From NCBI GenBank assembly GCA_947641575.1, contig CANRQN010000004.1, positions 18,058 to 82,057 of the forward strand: 64,000 nt of DNA, written 5' to 3'. Source of the DNA: an uncultured Clostridium sp. Its GTDB lineage: Bacteria > Bacillota > Clostridia > TANB77 > CAG-508. Shown one piece after another: positions 33,064-42,784 of this stretch. The position numbers and the translations under genes are program-made. Every line of letters begins with the position of its first letter. The stretch's first letter is position 1. Under the pieces are notes generated by a model, which was given only the letters and a program-made list of their open reading frames with translations, was not told where the DNA came from and did no database searches.

Positions 33064-33504
33064 ATGGATGCTTTTTTAGAAATTTTAACAAGTAAATACA
33101 TATATGTTCCTATACTAGTATGGTTTGGAATACAGAGCTTTAAAGTCATATGGGATTTAGTGGAAACAAAGAAATTTAATTTTAAAAGAATATTGGGAGC
33201 TGGAGGAATGCCTAGTTCACATTCAGCAGTTGTAATGAGTTTAGCAGTTATGATAGGAAAAGAGTCTGGCTTTAGCTCACCCATATTTGCACTTAGCTTA
33301 ATATTTGCAATTGTTGTAATGTATGATGCAGCTGGAATTAGAAGAGCTGCTGGTAAACAAGCAAAACTATTAAATAAGATTGTAAATACACCAGGACTTT
33401 CTACAATACAAGTACAAGAAAAATTAGTAGAAGTATTAGGACACACACCAGTACAAGTTTTTGTTGGGGCAGTAATTGGTGTAATAGTTGGAATAATATT
33501 TTAA
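33064..33504 (+). CDS. divergent PAP2 family (DUF212) membrane protein
   Basis: GGMPSSHSAVVMSLA...MYDAAGIRRAAGKQA. Confidence 0.85.
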   Translation: MDAFLEILTSKYIYVPILVWFGIQSFKVIWDLVETKKFNFKRILGAGGMPSSHSAVVMSLAVMIGKESGFSSPIFALSLIFAIVVMYDAAGIRRAAGKQAKLLNKIVNTPGLSTIQVQEKLVEVLGHTPVQVFVGAVIGVIVGIIF

Positions 33505-33547
33505 TATATTAATAATTAAAATAAAGTAACTATACAAAGGAGAAAAT

Positions 33548-34840
33548 ATGAAAACAAAACTAAAAATAAACCCAATATCCAAAATAGGGGCGATTAGAAA
33601 TTACCTGCTCTACAAAGATATGACTCAAGAAAAAGGAATTACATTAGTTGCGTTAATAATTACAATTATAGTGTTAATAATGTTATCAGCAATAAGCATA
33701 AAAATATTATTAGATGTAGGAATGTTAAATTTAGTAGGAAAAGCTGCTGAGAATTATAAAGAGGAACAACTATATGAAGAAGGAATAATGAATAATGTTG
33801 CAGATAAAATAGAAAGTACATTAAATAGTCTAACAGACATAAAAAATGGGGTAGTTATTAATCCAAAGTTAGAAATTTTGGTAGATACAGAGGAATATAC
33901 ATTTGGTAAAATAGAAATAACAGTATTGGCAACTGCTCCAGAAGGCGAAACAATAACAAGAATAGAACCAGTAGATGGAAATGATGCAATATTAAAAGAA
34001 GGAAATACTTATATTGTAAACAAAAATGGAGAATATAGTTTTAAAGCTACTACAAGTGGAGGTAAAACAGATATAGCAACTAAAAGAATTAAAAATATTT
34101 TGCAAGCACCAGAAATAATAGTAAGTAATGTTGCTAATACCTCATTATTAATTAATATTCAGACAGTATATCCAGAAGATATTGTAGTTAAATATGAATA
34201 TTATGTTGACGGAATTAAAAAGTGCGAAAAAACAGAAGAAAGGGAATATAATGCATCGAATTTAGCAGATAACCCAAATCATACAATTAAAGTTATAGCA
34301 TATATTTCAGACTATGATTATAAGGAAACTGAAAAAAATGCATTTATAGAATTGGAAAATATAACAAATTTATCAGGTAAAGTAATTGATAAAAATAAAA
34401 TAGAGTATATATATAATGCTGGAACTGTAAATCCAAACTTTGGAGAGGTAAAACTAATAGATAATATAGAAAATAATTCAATTGCAGTATTTAAACCTGA
34501 CTATATTATATGTCAGACTTCTAGTAGATGTGCAACTCATAATGCTAAAATAGGAACAACAAAAACAATTGACTTATCAGAATATGAATCTGTAAATGCA
34601 GTAATAAAATGTTTGAATTATAAAGAGGGGCATTTTGGAGTATGTATATATTCAGGAAATAGTAAAGATAGTAATAGAGGCTATATGGATATACAAAAAG
34701 CTAATGAATATTCTTCTTTTGAAAATAATAAATTGTGTATTGTCTCATGTGATATTACTCAAAGTGGAATAGGATATCCAACAATACATTATACTTATGA
34801 CAAATTTTTAGTATATCAGATATTCTTAATCAAAAAATAA
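33548..34840 (+). CDS. pilin-leader protein with Ig/Fn-like repeats
   Basis: QEKGITLVALIITIIVLIMLSAISI after a 28-aa leader. AAAGGAG RBS. Confidence 0.65.
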   Translation: MKTKLKINPISKIGAIRNYLLYKDMTQEKGITLVALIITIIVLIMLSAISIKILLDVGMLNLVGKAAENYKEEQLYEEGIMNNVADKIESTLNSLTDIKNGVVINPKLEILVDTEEYTFGKIEITVLATAPEGETITRIEPVDGNDAILKEGNTYIVNKNGEYSFKATTSGGKTDIATKRIKNILQAPEIIVSNVANTSLLINIQTVYPEDIVVKYEYYVDGIKKCEKTEEREYNASNLADNPNHTIKVIAYISDYDYKETEKNAFIELENITNLSGKVIDKNKIEYIYNAGTVNPNFGEVKLIDNIENNSIAVFKPDYIICQTSSRCATHNAKIGTTKTIDLSEYESVNAVIKCLNYKEGHFGVCIYSGNSKDSNRGYMDIQKANEYSSFENNKLCIVSCDITQSGIGYPTIHYTYDKFLVYQIFLIKK

Positions 34841-34880
34841 ATATTAGATAAAATAACTATTTAGCATTAAATAAAATAAC

Positions 34881-34909
34881 TTGACATACACAAAAAAAGT
34901 ATATATAAT
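34881..34909 (+). promoter_or_regulatory. sigma-A promoter of the fhs leader
   Basis: TTGACA, a 17-nt spacer, then TATAAT. Confidence 0.6.
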
Positions 34910-34914
34910 AAAAA

Positions 34915-35020
34915 TGTAAATTGCTGGCGAATAACGTGAATTAACACGATGGCAATTTACCTAAAATATAAGCCGATCGCCTGGGCAATTCTTAAATATT
35001 TAAAGAATTGCTTTTTTTCA
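34915..35020 (+). promoter_or_regulatory. probable ZTP (pfl-motif) riboswitch with an intrinsic terminator
   Basis: P1 is guaaauugc/gcaauuuac. The conserved UGGCGAA is present, and P2 is cgug/cacg. The 3' element CCGAUCGCCUGGGCA overlaps the terminator gcaattctt/aagaattgc followed by TTTTTTTT. It lies upstream of fhs, a classic pfl target. Confidence 0.7.
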
Positions 35021-35047
35021 TATATAGGCTTAAAAATGGAGGTTTTT

Positions 35048-36710
35048 ATGAGTGATATTGAAATCGCAAGAAATGCAAAATTAAAAGACATAAGAGAAGT
35101 TGCAAAAGATATGGGACTTAATGAAGAAGAGATAGAAAGCTATGGAAAATACAAAGCAAAAATAACAGAAGATGCTTTCAAAAGACTAAAAGGAAAAGAA
35201 GATGGAAAACTAGTATTAGTAACAGCAATAAATCCGACTCCACTAGGAGAAGGAAAAACAACGATGTCAATTGGTCTTGCAGATGGATTGAGAAAGATAG
35301 GAAAGAAATCAGTACTTGCGCTTAGAGAACCTTCGCTTCGGACCAGTATTTGGAATAAAAGGAGGAGCAACAGGTGGAGGATATGTACAAATAGCACCAA
35401 TGGAAGATATAAACTTACATTTTACAGGAGATATCCATGCAATAACTTCAGCAAATAACTTATTATCGGCAATGATAGATAATCACATATTTCATGGAAA
35501 TGAATTAGGTTTTAAAAGAGTAGTTTGGAAAAGATGTGTGGATTTAAATGATAGACAACTTAGAAAAATAACATGTGGAGAGTCTTGCGAAAAAGGAATG
35601 ACACCTAGAGAAGATGGATTTGATATAACAGTTGCTTCAGAAATAATGGCAGTACTTTGTTTATCAAAAGATATAAATGATCTAAAGAAAAGAATAGGAA
35701 GAATAATAGTTGGATATAACGAAAAAGATGAACCAATTACAGCAGCTGACCTAAAGGCAGAAGGAAGTTTAACAGTACTTTTAAAAGAAGCAATAAATCC
35801 AAATTTAGTACAAACCCTTGAAAATACACCAGCAATAGTACATGGTGGACCATTTGCAAATATTGCACATGGATGTAATAGTATAAGAGCAACAAAATTA
35901 GGATTGAGACTTGGAGAATACTGTATAACAGAAGCAGGATTTGGTGCTGACCTAGGAGCAGAGAAATTTCTAGATATAAAATGTAGAGAAGCAGGATTAA
36001 AACCAAGTGCAGTTATATGTGTTGCAACAATGAGAGCTTTAAAATATCATGGAGGGGCAAAAAAAGAAGAAGTACAAGAAGAAAATATGGAAGCACTAGA
36101 AAAAGGAATGCATAACCTATTAAGACATATAGACAATCTAAAGAATAAATTTGGATTAAATGTGATAGTTGCAATAAATAGATTTTTAACAGATACAGAA
36201 AAAGAAATAGAATTTTTACAAGGTAAACTAAAAGAGCATGGAATAAATATGAGTTTAGTAGAGGCATGGGCAAAAGGAGGAGAAGGAGCAAAAGATTTAG
36301 CTGAAAAAGTAGTGGATTTATGTGAAAAGCCAGAAAATTTTAAATATACATATGAGCTAGACGAAGAAATAGAAGAAAAAATAAGGAAAGTTGCAAGAAA
36401 TATATATGGAGCAGAAGATGTAGAATTTTCAGAAGAAGCTATGAAAACTATAGCTGATATAAAAAGATTAGGATTTGGAAATCTACCTGTATGTATTGCA
36501 AAAACACAATATTCATTTTCAGATGACCCTAAAAATTTAGAATGTGATACGGAATTTACAATACATGCAAGAGAAATAATACTAAAGGCAGGAGCCGGAT
36601 TTATAGTTGTAATTACAGGAAAAATAATGACAATGCCAGGACTTCCAAAAATTCCAGCTGCTGAAGCTATTGATATAGATGATGATGGAAATATAGTAGG
36701 AATATTTTAA
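35048..36710 (+). CDS. fhs: formate--tetrahydrofolate ligase; one +1 shift at CGG
   Basis: INPTPLGEGKTTMSIGL. The junction ALREPSL-C-GPVFGIKGGATGGGY uses CGG at 35339-35341. Confidence 0.95.
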
Positions 36711-36816
36711 TGAGACAATGGGGACGGTTCTGTTTGTCGCACTTTAATTAAAAAGTACAATATTTTATCTTTTGTATTTTTAAAGTGCGACAAACAGAAC
36801 CGTCCCCATTGTCTCA
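36711..36816. repeat. family A element: perfect 35-36 bp inverted repeat with a 34-nt hairpin-forming spacer
   Basis: tgagacaatggggacggttctgtttgtcgcacttta ... taaagtgcgacaaacagaaccgtccccattgtctca. Confidence 0.85.
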
Positions 36817-36866
36817 CAGGTTCTAACTCGCTCCTAGCTATGCGTCACTTCGATAAAATAAATATT
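36817..36866. repeat. family B 50-nt module (second copy at 47304-47354)
   Basis: caggttctaactcgctcctagctatgcgtcacttcgataaaataaatat compared with caggttctaaactcgctcctagctacgcgtcacttcgaaaaaaataaatat. Confidence 0.8.
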
Positions 36867-36955
36867 CCTTCCCTTTATAGTATAAATGTATAATATTAAA
36901 AGATATGGAAATAATAGTCATAACCGATAAATTTTAGAAGGGAATGATTATATAA

Positions 36956-37641
36956 ATGAAAAAACTTATAATAGTTATGATTTCCATAGCACTTATTATA
37001 TTTGGATACATGTATTATATAAATACATCAAATGAATCAGTAGAAGCTTTATCTAAATATGGATCAAGGGGAGAAGAAGTAAAGCAAATACAGACAAAAC
37101 TTAAAAATTGGGGATATTATAAAGGAAATGTAGATGGAATATATGGAAGCCAAACGCAAGCAGCTGTAAAGAAATTCCAAAAAACAAATGGACTTAAACA
37201 GGATCGGAATTGCAGGAAAAAATACACTTGCTGCAATGGGGATAAACTCATCTGGAAATTCTTCTAGTCGGTAGTTCAGGAAGTAGTAACTCATCCGACT
37301 TAAATCTTCTTAGCCGATTAGTATATGGAGAGGCAAGAGGAGAACAATATATTGGACAAGTAGCTGTTGCAGCGGTAGTACTAAATAGAGTAAAAAGCTC
37401 AAGTTTCCCAAATACTGTTGCAGGAGTAATATATCAAAGAGGAGCATTTGATGTTGTAAGTGATGGACAAATAAATTTATCACCAAATCAAACAGCTAAA
37501 AATGCAGCACAAGATGCACTAAATGGTTGGGATCCATCAAATGGAGCATTATATTATTTTAACCCAAATACTGCAACAAGTTCGTGGATATGGACTAGAA
37601 AAATTACTCTAACAATAGGTAGTCATATGTTTTGTATATAG
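36956..37641 (+). CDS. sleB: spore cortex-lytic enzyme SleB-like (PG_binding_1 plus hydrolase_2); two +1 shifts at CGG
   Basis: GLKQD-C-GIAGKNTLAAMGINSSGNSSS-C-GSSGSSNSSDLNLLSRLVYGEARGEQYIGQVAVAAVVLNRV... CGG at 37205-37207 and 37269-37271. Confidence 0.88.
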
Positions 37642-37646
37642 AACCA

Positions 37647-37713
37647 AAAATAATAATTCAGAAAATTATAAATGTATAAGCAGTTTTTGCAGTTTCTGAA
37701 TTATTATTTTTTT
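37647..37713 (+). terminator. rho-independent terminator after sleB
   Basis: Stem aataattcagaaa / tttctgaattatt followed by TTTTTT. Confidence 0.8.
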
Positions 37714-37867
37714 GGTTTACATATTGCAAAAGCTAGAAAAATAGTGTATAATAAAAACCTATAGACATAATATTACAGATGTATTAAATTTCTATTACAT
37801 TTCTGTAAATACTATTGACTTATGGAATAAATCTAATAAAATATAAAGTGAGAGAAGAAGGAAAAAA

Positions 37868-38427
37868 GTGAGAATAATAAGTGGGTTAGCTAGAGGTACA
37901 AAACTAGAAACATTAGAACGGGGAAGACACAAGACCTACGCTAGATAGAGTAAAAGAAGCCTTGTTTAGTATAATACAAAATTATATATATGAAGCAGAA
38001 GTACTAGATTTATTTGCAGGAAGTGGAGCACTTCGGAATTGAAAGTATAAGTCGTGGAGCAAAAAGTTCTATATCTTGTGATAATTCTAGAAAATCAATA
38101 GAAATAATAAAAAGAAATGCAAAAAAAACTCACTTTGAAGACAAAATAGAAATAATACAAAAAGATTATAAAAAAGTCTTAAATGAATTAGGACAAAGGA
38201 AATTTGATATAATTTTTTTGGATCCACCATATAAAACAAATTTTGGATTAGAAGCTATAAAAATAATTATAGAAAAAAATATGTTAAAAAATGGAGGCAT
38301 AATAGTTTTTGAAACAGATAGAGAAGAAACATATATAGATGCTGTTTGTGAGAACGCAGAAGTTATTGGCATAAGGAAATATGGAAGAGTAAAACTTATT
38401 TTCCTAAGGTCGAAAGGAGAAAATTAA
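37868..38427 (+). CDS. rsmD: 16S rRNA (guanine966-N2)-methyltransferase RsmD; two +1 shifts at CGG
   Basis: (GTG start) RIISGLARGTKLETLE-C-GEDTRPTLDRVKEALF...LDLFAGSGAL-C-GIESISRGA...FLDPPY. CGG at 37919-37921 and 38034-38036. Confidence 0.92.
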
Positions 38428-38430
38428 CTT

Positions 38431-38868
38431 ATGGAGATATTTACATTATTAGAAACATTAGAAGAAATAATAGAAAATGGGAAAAAAGTACCTTTTAGTA
38501 ATAAAGGTATTGTTGACAAAGAAGAATTTCTAGACCTTATAAAAGAAATTAGAATAAAGCTTCCAGAAGAATTAAAACAGGCTAAATGGGTAAAAGAAGA
38601 AAGAACAAGAATACTTATAGAAGCACAAAAAGAAGCGGATGACATAGTAAAAGAAGCAGAAAATAGAATAATTGCAATGATAGATGAACATGAAATAACA
38701 AGAAAAGCATATGCACAGAAGGCAGAGATAATAGAGACAGCAAATGAGATGGCAAGAGAAATATCAAATGGAACAAAAGAACATGCAGATGCATTACTTG
38801 GGAATATTGAAGCAGTATTAGAAGAAACACTAAAAACAATACAAAATAACAGAAAAGAATTAAAATAA
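38431..38868 (+). CDS. hypothetical coiled-coil protein
   Basis: 145-aa charged helical ORF that is operonic with rsmD. The antisense ORF 38424..38891 was rejected. Confidence 0.6.
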   Translation: MEIFTLLETLEEIIENGKKVPFSNKGIVDKEEFLDLIKEIRIKLPEELKQAKWVKEERTRILIEAQKEADDIVKEAENRIIAMIDEHEITRKAYAQKAEIIETANEMAREISNGTKEHADALLGNIEAVLEETLKTIQNNRKELK

Positions 38869-38977
38869 TAAAAACAAAGTATTTTAAGCAAATTGGCTTG
38901 AAATACTTTGTTTTTATATATTAATATGATATAATTTGAAAAATCAAAAACCTAGCAAGAAAATGGAGGAATATAAT

Positions 38978-39556
38978 ATGAATTTTATAGAACAAATAAA
39001 AAAATATAAACCATTTAATGAGCAAGAAGAAAGAGATAAAGAAGTAATGCTGAGATTTATAAATACGTTTGATGATGTATTAACAAGAAAAAATGAATTC
39101 GGGCATTTTACAGCTTCATCTTGGGTAGTAAATAAACAAAAAACAAAAGTACTTATGCTATATCATAATATATATCAGTCATGGACATGGTCTGGTGGAC
39201 ATGCAGATGGAGAAACTGATTTGCTAGGAACAGCACTCCGTGAATTAAAAGAAGAAACAGGAGTAAAAAATGTAAAGATTTTAAATGAGGACATATTTTC
39301 GATAGAAGTTGCACCAGTAGATGGACATATCAAAAGAGGAAAGTATGTACCAAGCCACCTTCACTTAAATTTAACATATCTTTTTGAAGTAGACGAAAAT
39401 GAAGAAACACATATTAAAGAAGATGAAAATAGCGGAGTAAAATGGATAAACATAGAAGATGTAGAAAAGGTGTCAACAGAAAAGTTTATGATAGAATGGA
39501 TTTATAAGAAATTAAAATCAAAGTTAGAATATAATACTAGTCAGAACAACAAATAG
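38978..39556 (+). CDS. NUDIX hydrolase
   Basis: Nudix box GGHADGETDLLGTALRELKEETGV. GGAGG RBS before the ATG at 38978. Confidence 0.85.
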   Translation: MNFIEQIKKYKPFNEQEERDKEVMLRFINTFDDVLTRKNEFGHFTASSWVVNKQKTKVLMLYHNIYQSWTWSGGHADGETDLLGTALRELKEETGVKNVKILNEDIFSIEVAPVDGHIKRGKYVPSHLHLNLTYLFEVDENEETHIKEDENSGVKWINIEDVEKVSTEKFMIEWIYKKLKSKLEYNTSQNNK

Positions 39557-39656
39557 AGATAAAAATATGTTATATTGACAGATTTTGACGAAAAATGATA
39601 CAATTTAAGGAATATTTTAGAAAAATGATATAAAATTTATCAAAAAGGAGAATTAA

Positions 39657-42007
39657 ATGAACAATAGTCCAAAAAAATTAGAAAAAATATATGAACATAT
39701 GAAAGTAGAATTATTAGAAACAACAGTAGAAAATTTAATAATTTCTGATGATAAAAAATATATAAATTATGCACCAAGTTATCAAAGAAATTATAGATGG
39801 CTAGAGAATAAAGCTACAAATCTGATTGAAACGGTCTTGATGCATGGAATTGTTCCAGCATTAATTGTTATAAAAAAGGAAAAAGAATAGATATAGTAGA
39901 TGGAAGGCAGCGTTATGAAACATTATTAAAATTTTATAATAATGAGTTTAGACTAAAGGCATCAGGATTGTCAAAGATAAGAGATTGGGAAGGGAAAAAA
40001 TATGAAGAATTAGCTCCAAATTTAAGAACCTTATTTAGAGAATATAAAATAAAAATAATTGCCTATACAGTTGAAAATCCTATTGATGTAAGTGATGAGG
40101 ATTTAGAATATGTAGGAAGAGATTTATTTAGAAGATACAATTCTGGAACAACACCGTTAAAAACTAATGAAATAATACGAGCTAAATATCATTATGATAG
40201 TTTAACTAATAAATTTACGCAATTATTTGAAAACAAAAGTGAGCTATATAATGAATGCATACATGTATTTCGAATTGGAGAAAAGAAAGAAATAGAAGAA
40301 AGAGAAAAATTAAATTTATTATTAATAATTGTTAGATACCTTATTACAATAATATATATTCCAATTATAGGAGAGAAAAAGCCACAATGTAATCAAAAAA
40401 TAATTGATAAATATTATAATGAATTTATAACTAAATATACAGAAAAAGAGCAGGAAGAGAAATTAGTAGAATTTGAAAGAATTTTTAGAAAATTATATTT
40501 AATTAAAGAAAAATTAACTGAAATGAATAATATTCTAACAGATAATACGGAATTTTTTAGAAGTACATATTGGATGTTTTCAATACTTTATAATAATTTT
40601 TCAACTAACTTTTATGATTTTAATGTAGATAAATTTTGCCATAATTTGCAAGATAAAGGGAAAGAATACTTTGAAATGTATAATAATTTGTCAGGACATG
40701 ATACCGAAAAAAGAGTTAGCTATATGAAAGAATATATGGAAAAAGAACTAAAACTAGATTTAAGTAATTATATAGATGGAATTAAAGAAAATAAAAAAGC
40801 TGTTATTTATAAGAAAGATACAAATATAAGTAAAGATAAAGATTGGTATAGCCCATTTTTATCACAGCAAATCATAACTAGAAAAGAAACGATGGAATTA
40901 AGTGAAATTACAAGTCATATTAAACAGAATAGATTTATAGTACGTCCAGATTATCAACGTGGAGAAGTGTTTGATAAAACTAAAGCTTCTAGAGTTATAG
41001 AAAGTATTATTTTAGGGGTAAAACTTCCACCAATATATTTATATACAGAAAGACAAAAAAATGGATTAAGTACAGATATTGTGCTAGATGGACAACAGAG
41101 ACTAATTGATATTTTAAAGTATATGGGAGAACCAGTTACAGATCAGGAATATAGATATATAAAAACATTTAAAGATAAATATCCTCTTAAAGGTTTAAGA
41201 TATTTAGAAGGATTAAATAATAAAGTATATGAAGAAGGACCAGATAGTATTAATAGAATTAAAAGGGAGATAATTAATAATTACATATTTGATGTAATTA
41301 GAATAGACAAAAAGGGAAATGAAAATATTGATTTTGTTGATATTTTCATAAGGCTAAATCAGAACCCTTGTCCAATCAATATCAACTCTTTTGAAATGTG
41401 GAATTCTTTTGACATTGTAGACACAATAGATAAGATAAAAGAGATAGCTAAATATAAAGGATTTAAACAACAACGCTCTGCAATGAAGGAAGAAGAGATA
41501 GTAACTATTTTAGCATATATGTATTACATAAAATTAGATATAGAAAATATTAATGATTTTTTTAAATTTGATATTAGAACAGATAATAAAGATACTACAA
41601 GAGAAAAATCGCTTATAAGAATAAGTGTAAAAAACAAAGAAGCAATAACTAATTTTTTGGAAAAGATTCAACCTAATAGTGAGAAGGAAAAAGAATTTTT
41701 GATTTCTGTAAACTTAGTAAGTGATTTTGTAGAAAAATTGAAAATTTTATCTGATAACGATGATAAAACTTTAACAAAATTATTTAACACAGGTAAGAGT
41801 AAAAATATAAGGGTAGATAAAAATTGCTTCTATATTATGTGGTTAATATTACATGAATTAGATGAGCATATAATTAGAACATATAAGAAAGAAATGTTAG
41901 TAGATTTAGAAAAAATATTTAGTTTAATGCAAAATATGCCAAAAGATAAGAACGAAAAAGATTTTATTGATTATGTAAGTAGCTTAATTAGAAAATATAG
42001 TAAATAA
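39657..42007 (+). CDS. double-DUF262 (ParB/GmrSD-like N-terminal nuclease superfamily) protein, interrupted by a -1 frame change at an A_AAA_AAG heptamer
   Basis: DUF262 copy 1 is PSYQRNYRW ... IDIVDGRQRYETLL, split at 39872-39878. DUF262 copy 2 is RPDYQRGEVF...IVLDGQQRLIDIL. There is no CGG at the break. Confidence 0.7.
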
Positions 42008-42013
42008 TATAAC

Positions 42014-42047
42014 AAAACTATTCCAAGTAGGAGTAGTTTTTTCTTTT
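42014..42047 (+). terminator. terminator after the DUF262 gene
   Basis: Stem aaaactattcc / ggagtagtttt followed by a T-run. Confidence 0.6.
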
Positions 42048-42140
42048 CGAACAAATCTCGCTTTGCGAGACCTTTTCTCTACTATTAATATTTTACACTT
42101 CTAATTTAAGGTCTCGAAGAAGCGTAAAGATTTGTCGCGC
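42048..42140. repeat. family A-related imperfect palindrome ending in tttgtcgcg
   Basis: Arms are cgaacaaatctcgctttgcgagacctt and aaggtctcgaagaagcgtaaagatttgtcgcg. The perfect palindrome gaaaaattgcattgcaatttttc follows at 42141-42163. Confidence 0.55.
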
Positions 42141-42178
42141 GAAAAATTGCATTGCAATTTTTCTGTGCAATGTATTTT

Positions 42179-42214
42179 ATCTAATAGGAAGTTCAGAGAA
42201 CTTTCCTATTAGAT
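42179..42214. repeat. family D hairpin (second copy at 45496-45531)
   Basis: atctaataggaagttcagagaactttcctattagat compared with atctaatagaaaagttctccgaacttgctattagat. Confidence 0.75.
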
Positions 42215-42284
42215 AAAAAAGCAGTCATAAGGACTGACCCCATAGAATACAATTAAACAAAAGCAAACGTATGGGGGTTATTTC

Positions 42285-42597
42285 ATGGGAGGAAAAACAA
42301 ATCACAATTTACCTTTAAGAGAAATAGGAATCTCAGGTAAACAGACAATAGAAGAACGTGCATGTAATTTAGCACGATATATAATAGATTCAAAAGATAC
42401 AGTAAGAGGAGCTGCAAAAAAGTTTCGGAATAAGTAAAAGTACAGTACACAAGGATGTAAGCGAGAGGTTATCAAAAATAAACCCAGTATTAGCAATAGA
42501 AGTAAGAAAAATATTAGATGAAAACAAGGCTGAAAGGCATATAAGAGGAGGAATGGCAACAAAACTAAAATATGGAGCAAAACATAAAGCAAGTTAA
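42285..42597 (+). CDS. spoIIID: sporulation transcriptional regulator SpoIIID; one +1 shift at CGG inside the HTH
   Basis: ...RACNLARYIIDSKDTVRGAAKKF-C-GISKSTVHKDVSERLSKINPVLAIEVRKILDENKAERHIRGGMATKLKY. CGG at 42426-42428. Confidence 0.9.
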
Positions 42598-42600
42598 CAT

Positions 42601-42626
42601 AAAGGGCACAACACCAGTGCCCTTTG
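42601..42626 (+). terminator. hairpin after spoIIID
   Basis: Stem aaagggcac / gtgcccttt. Confidence 0.55.
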
Positions 42627-42784
42627 TAATATATAAATATAGACGAGCTTAGTTATAGATTATTAACAAAATCTTAAAAATGAAAAGTTTAATAAAAATA
42701 CTTTATCTTTTAAAAGTTTTGTATTATAATATAAATGTCATAAATTGTACTAAAAACAAAAGAACCCTTTAAGGAGGTAAAAAT

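Noticed and set aside
39880-39970. Applying the CGG rule to the DUF262 break
   Set aside because: There is no CGG near the junction. The required change is -1 (frame 0 to frame 2), and it maps to the A_AAA_AAG run.
42285-42350. A shorter SpoIIID starting nearer the HTH
   Set aside because: There is no in-frame ATG, GTG or TTG with an RBS between 42285 and the HTH. I kept the ATG at 42285, which is preceded by GGGGG, and the N-terminal 20 aa remain uncertain.
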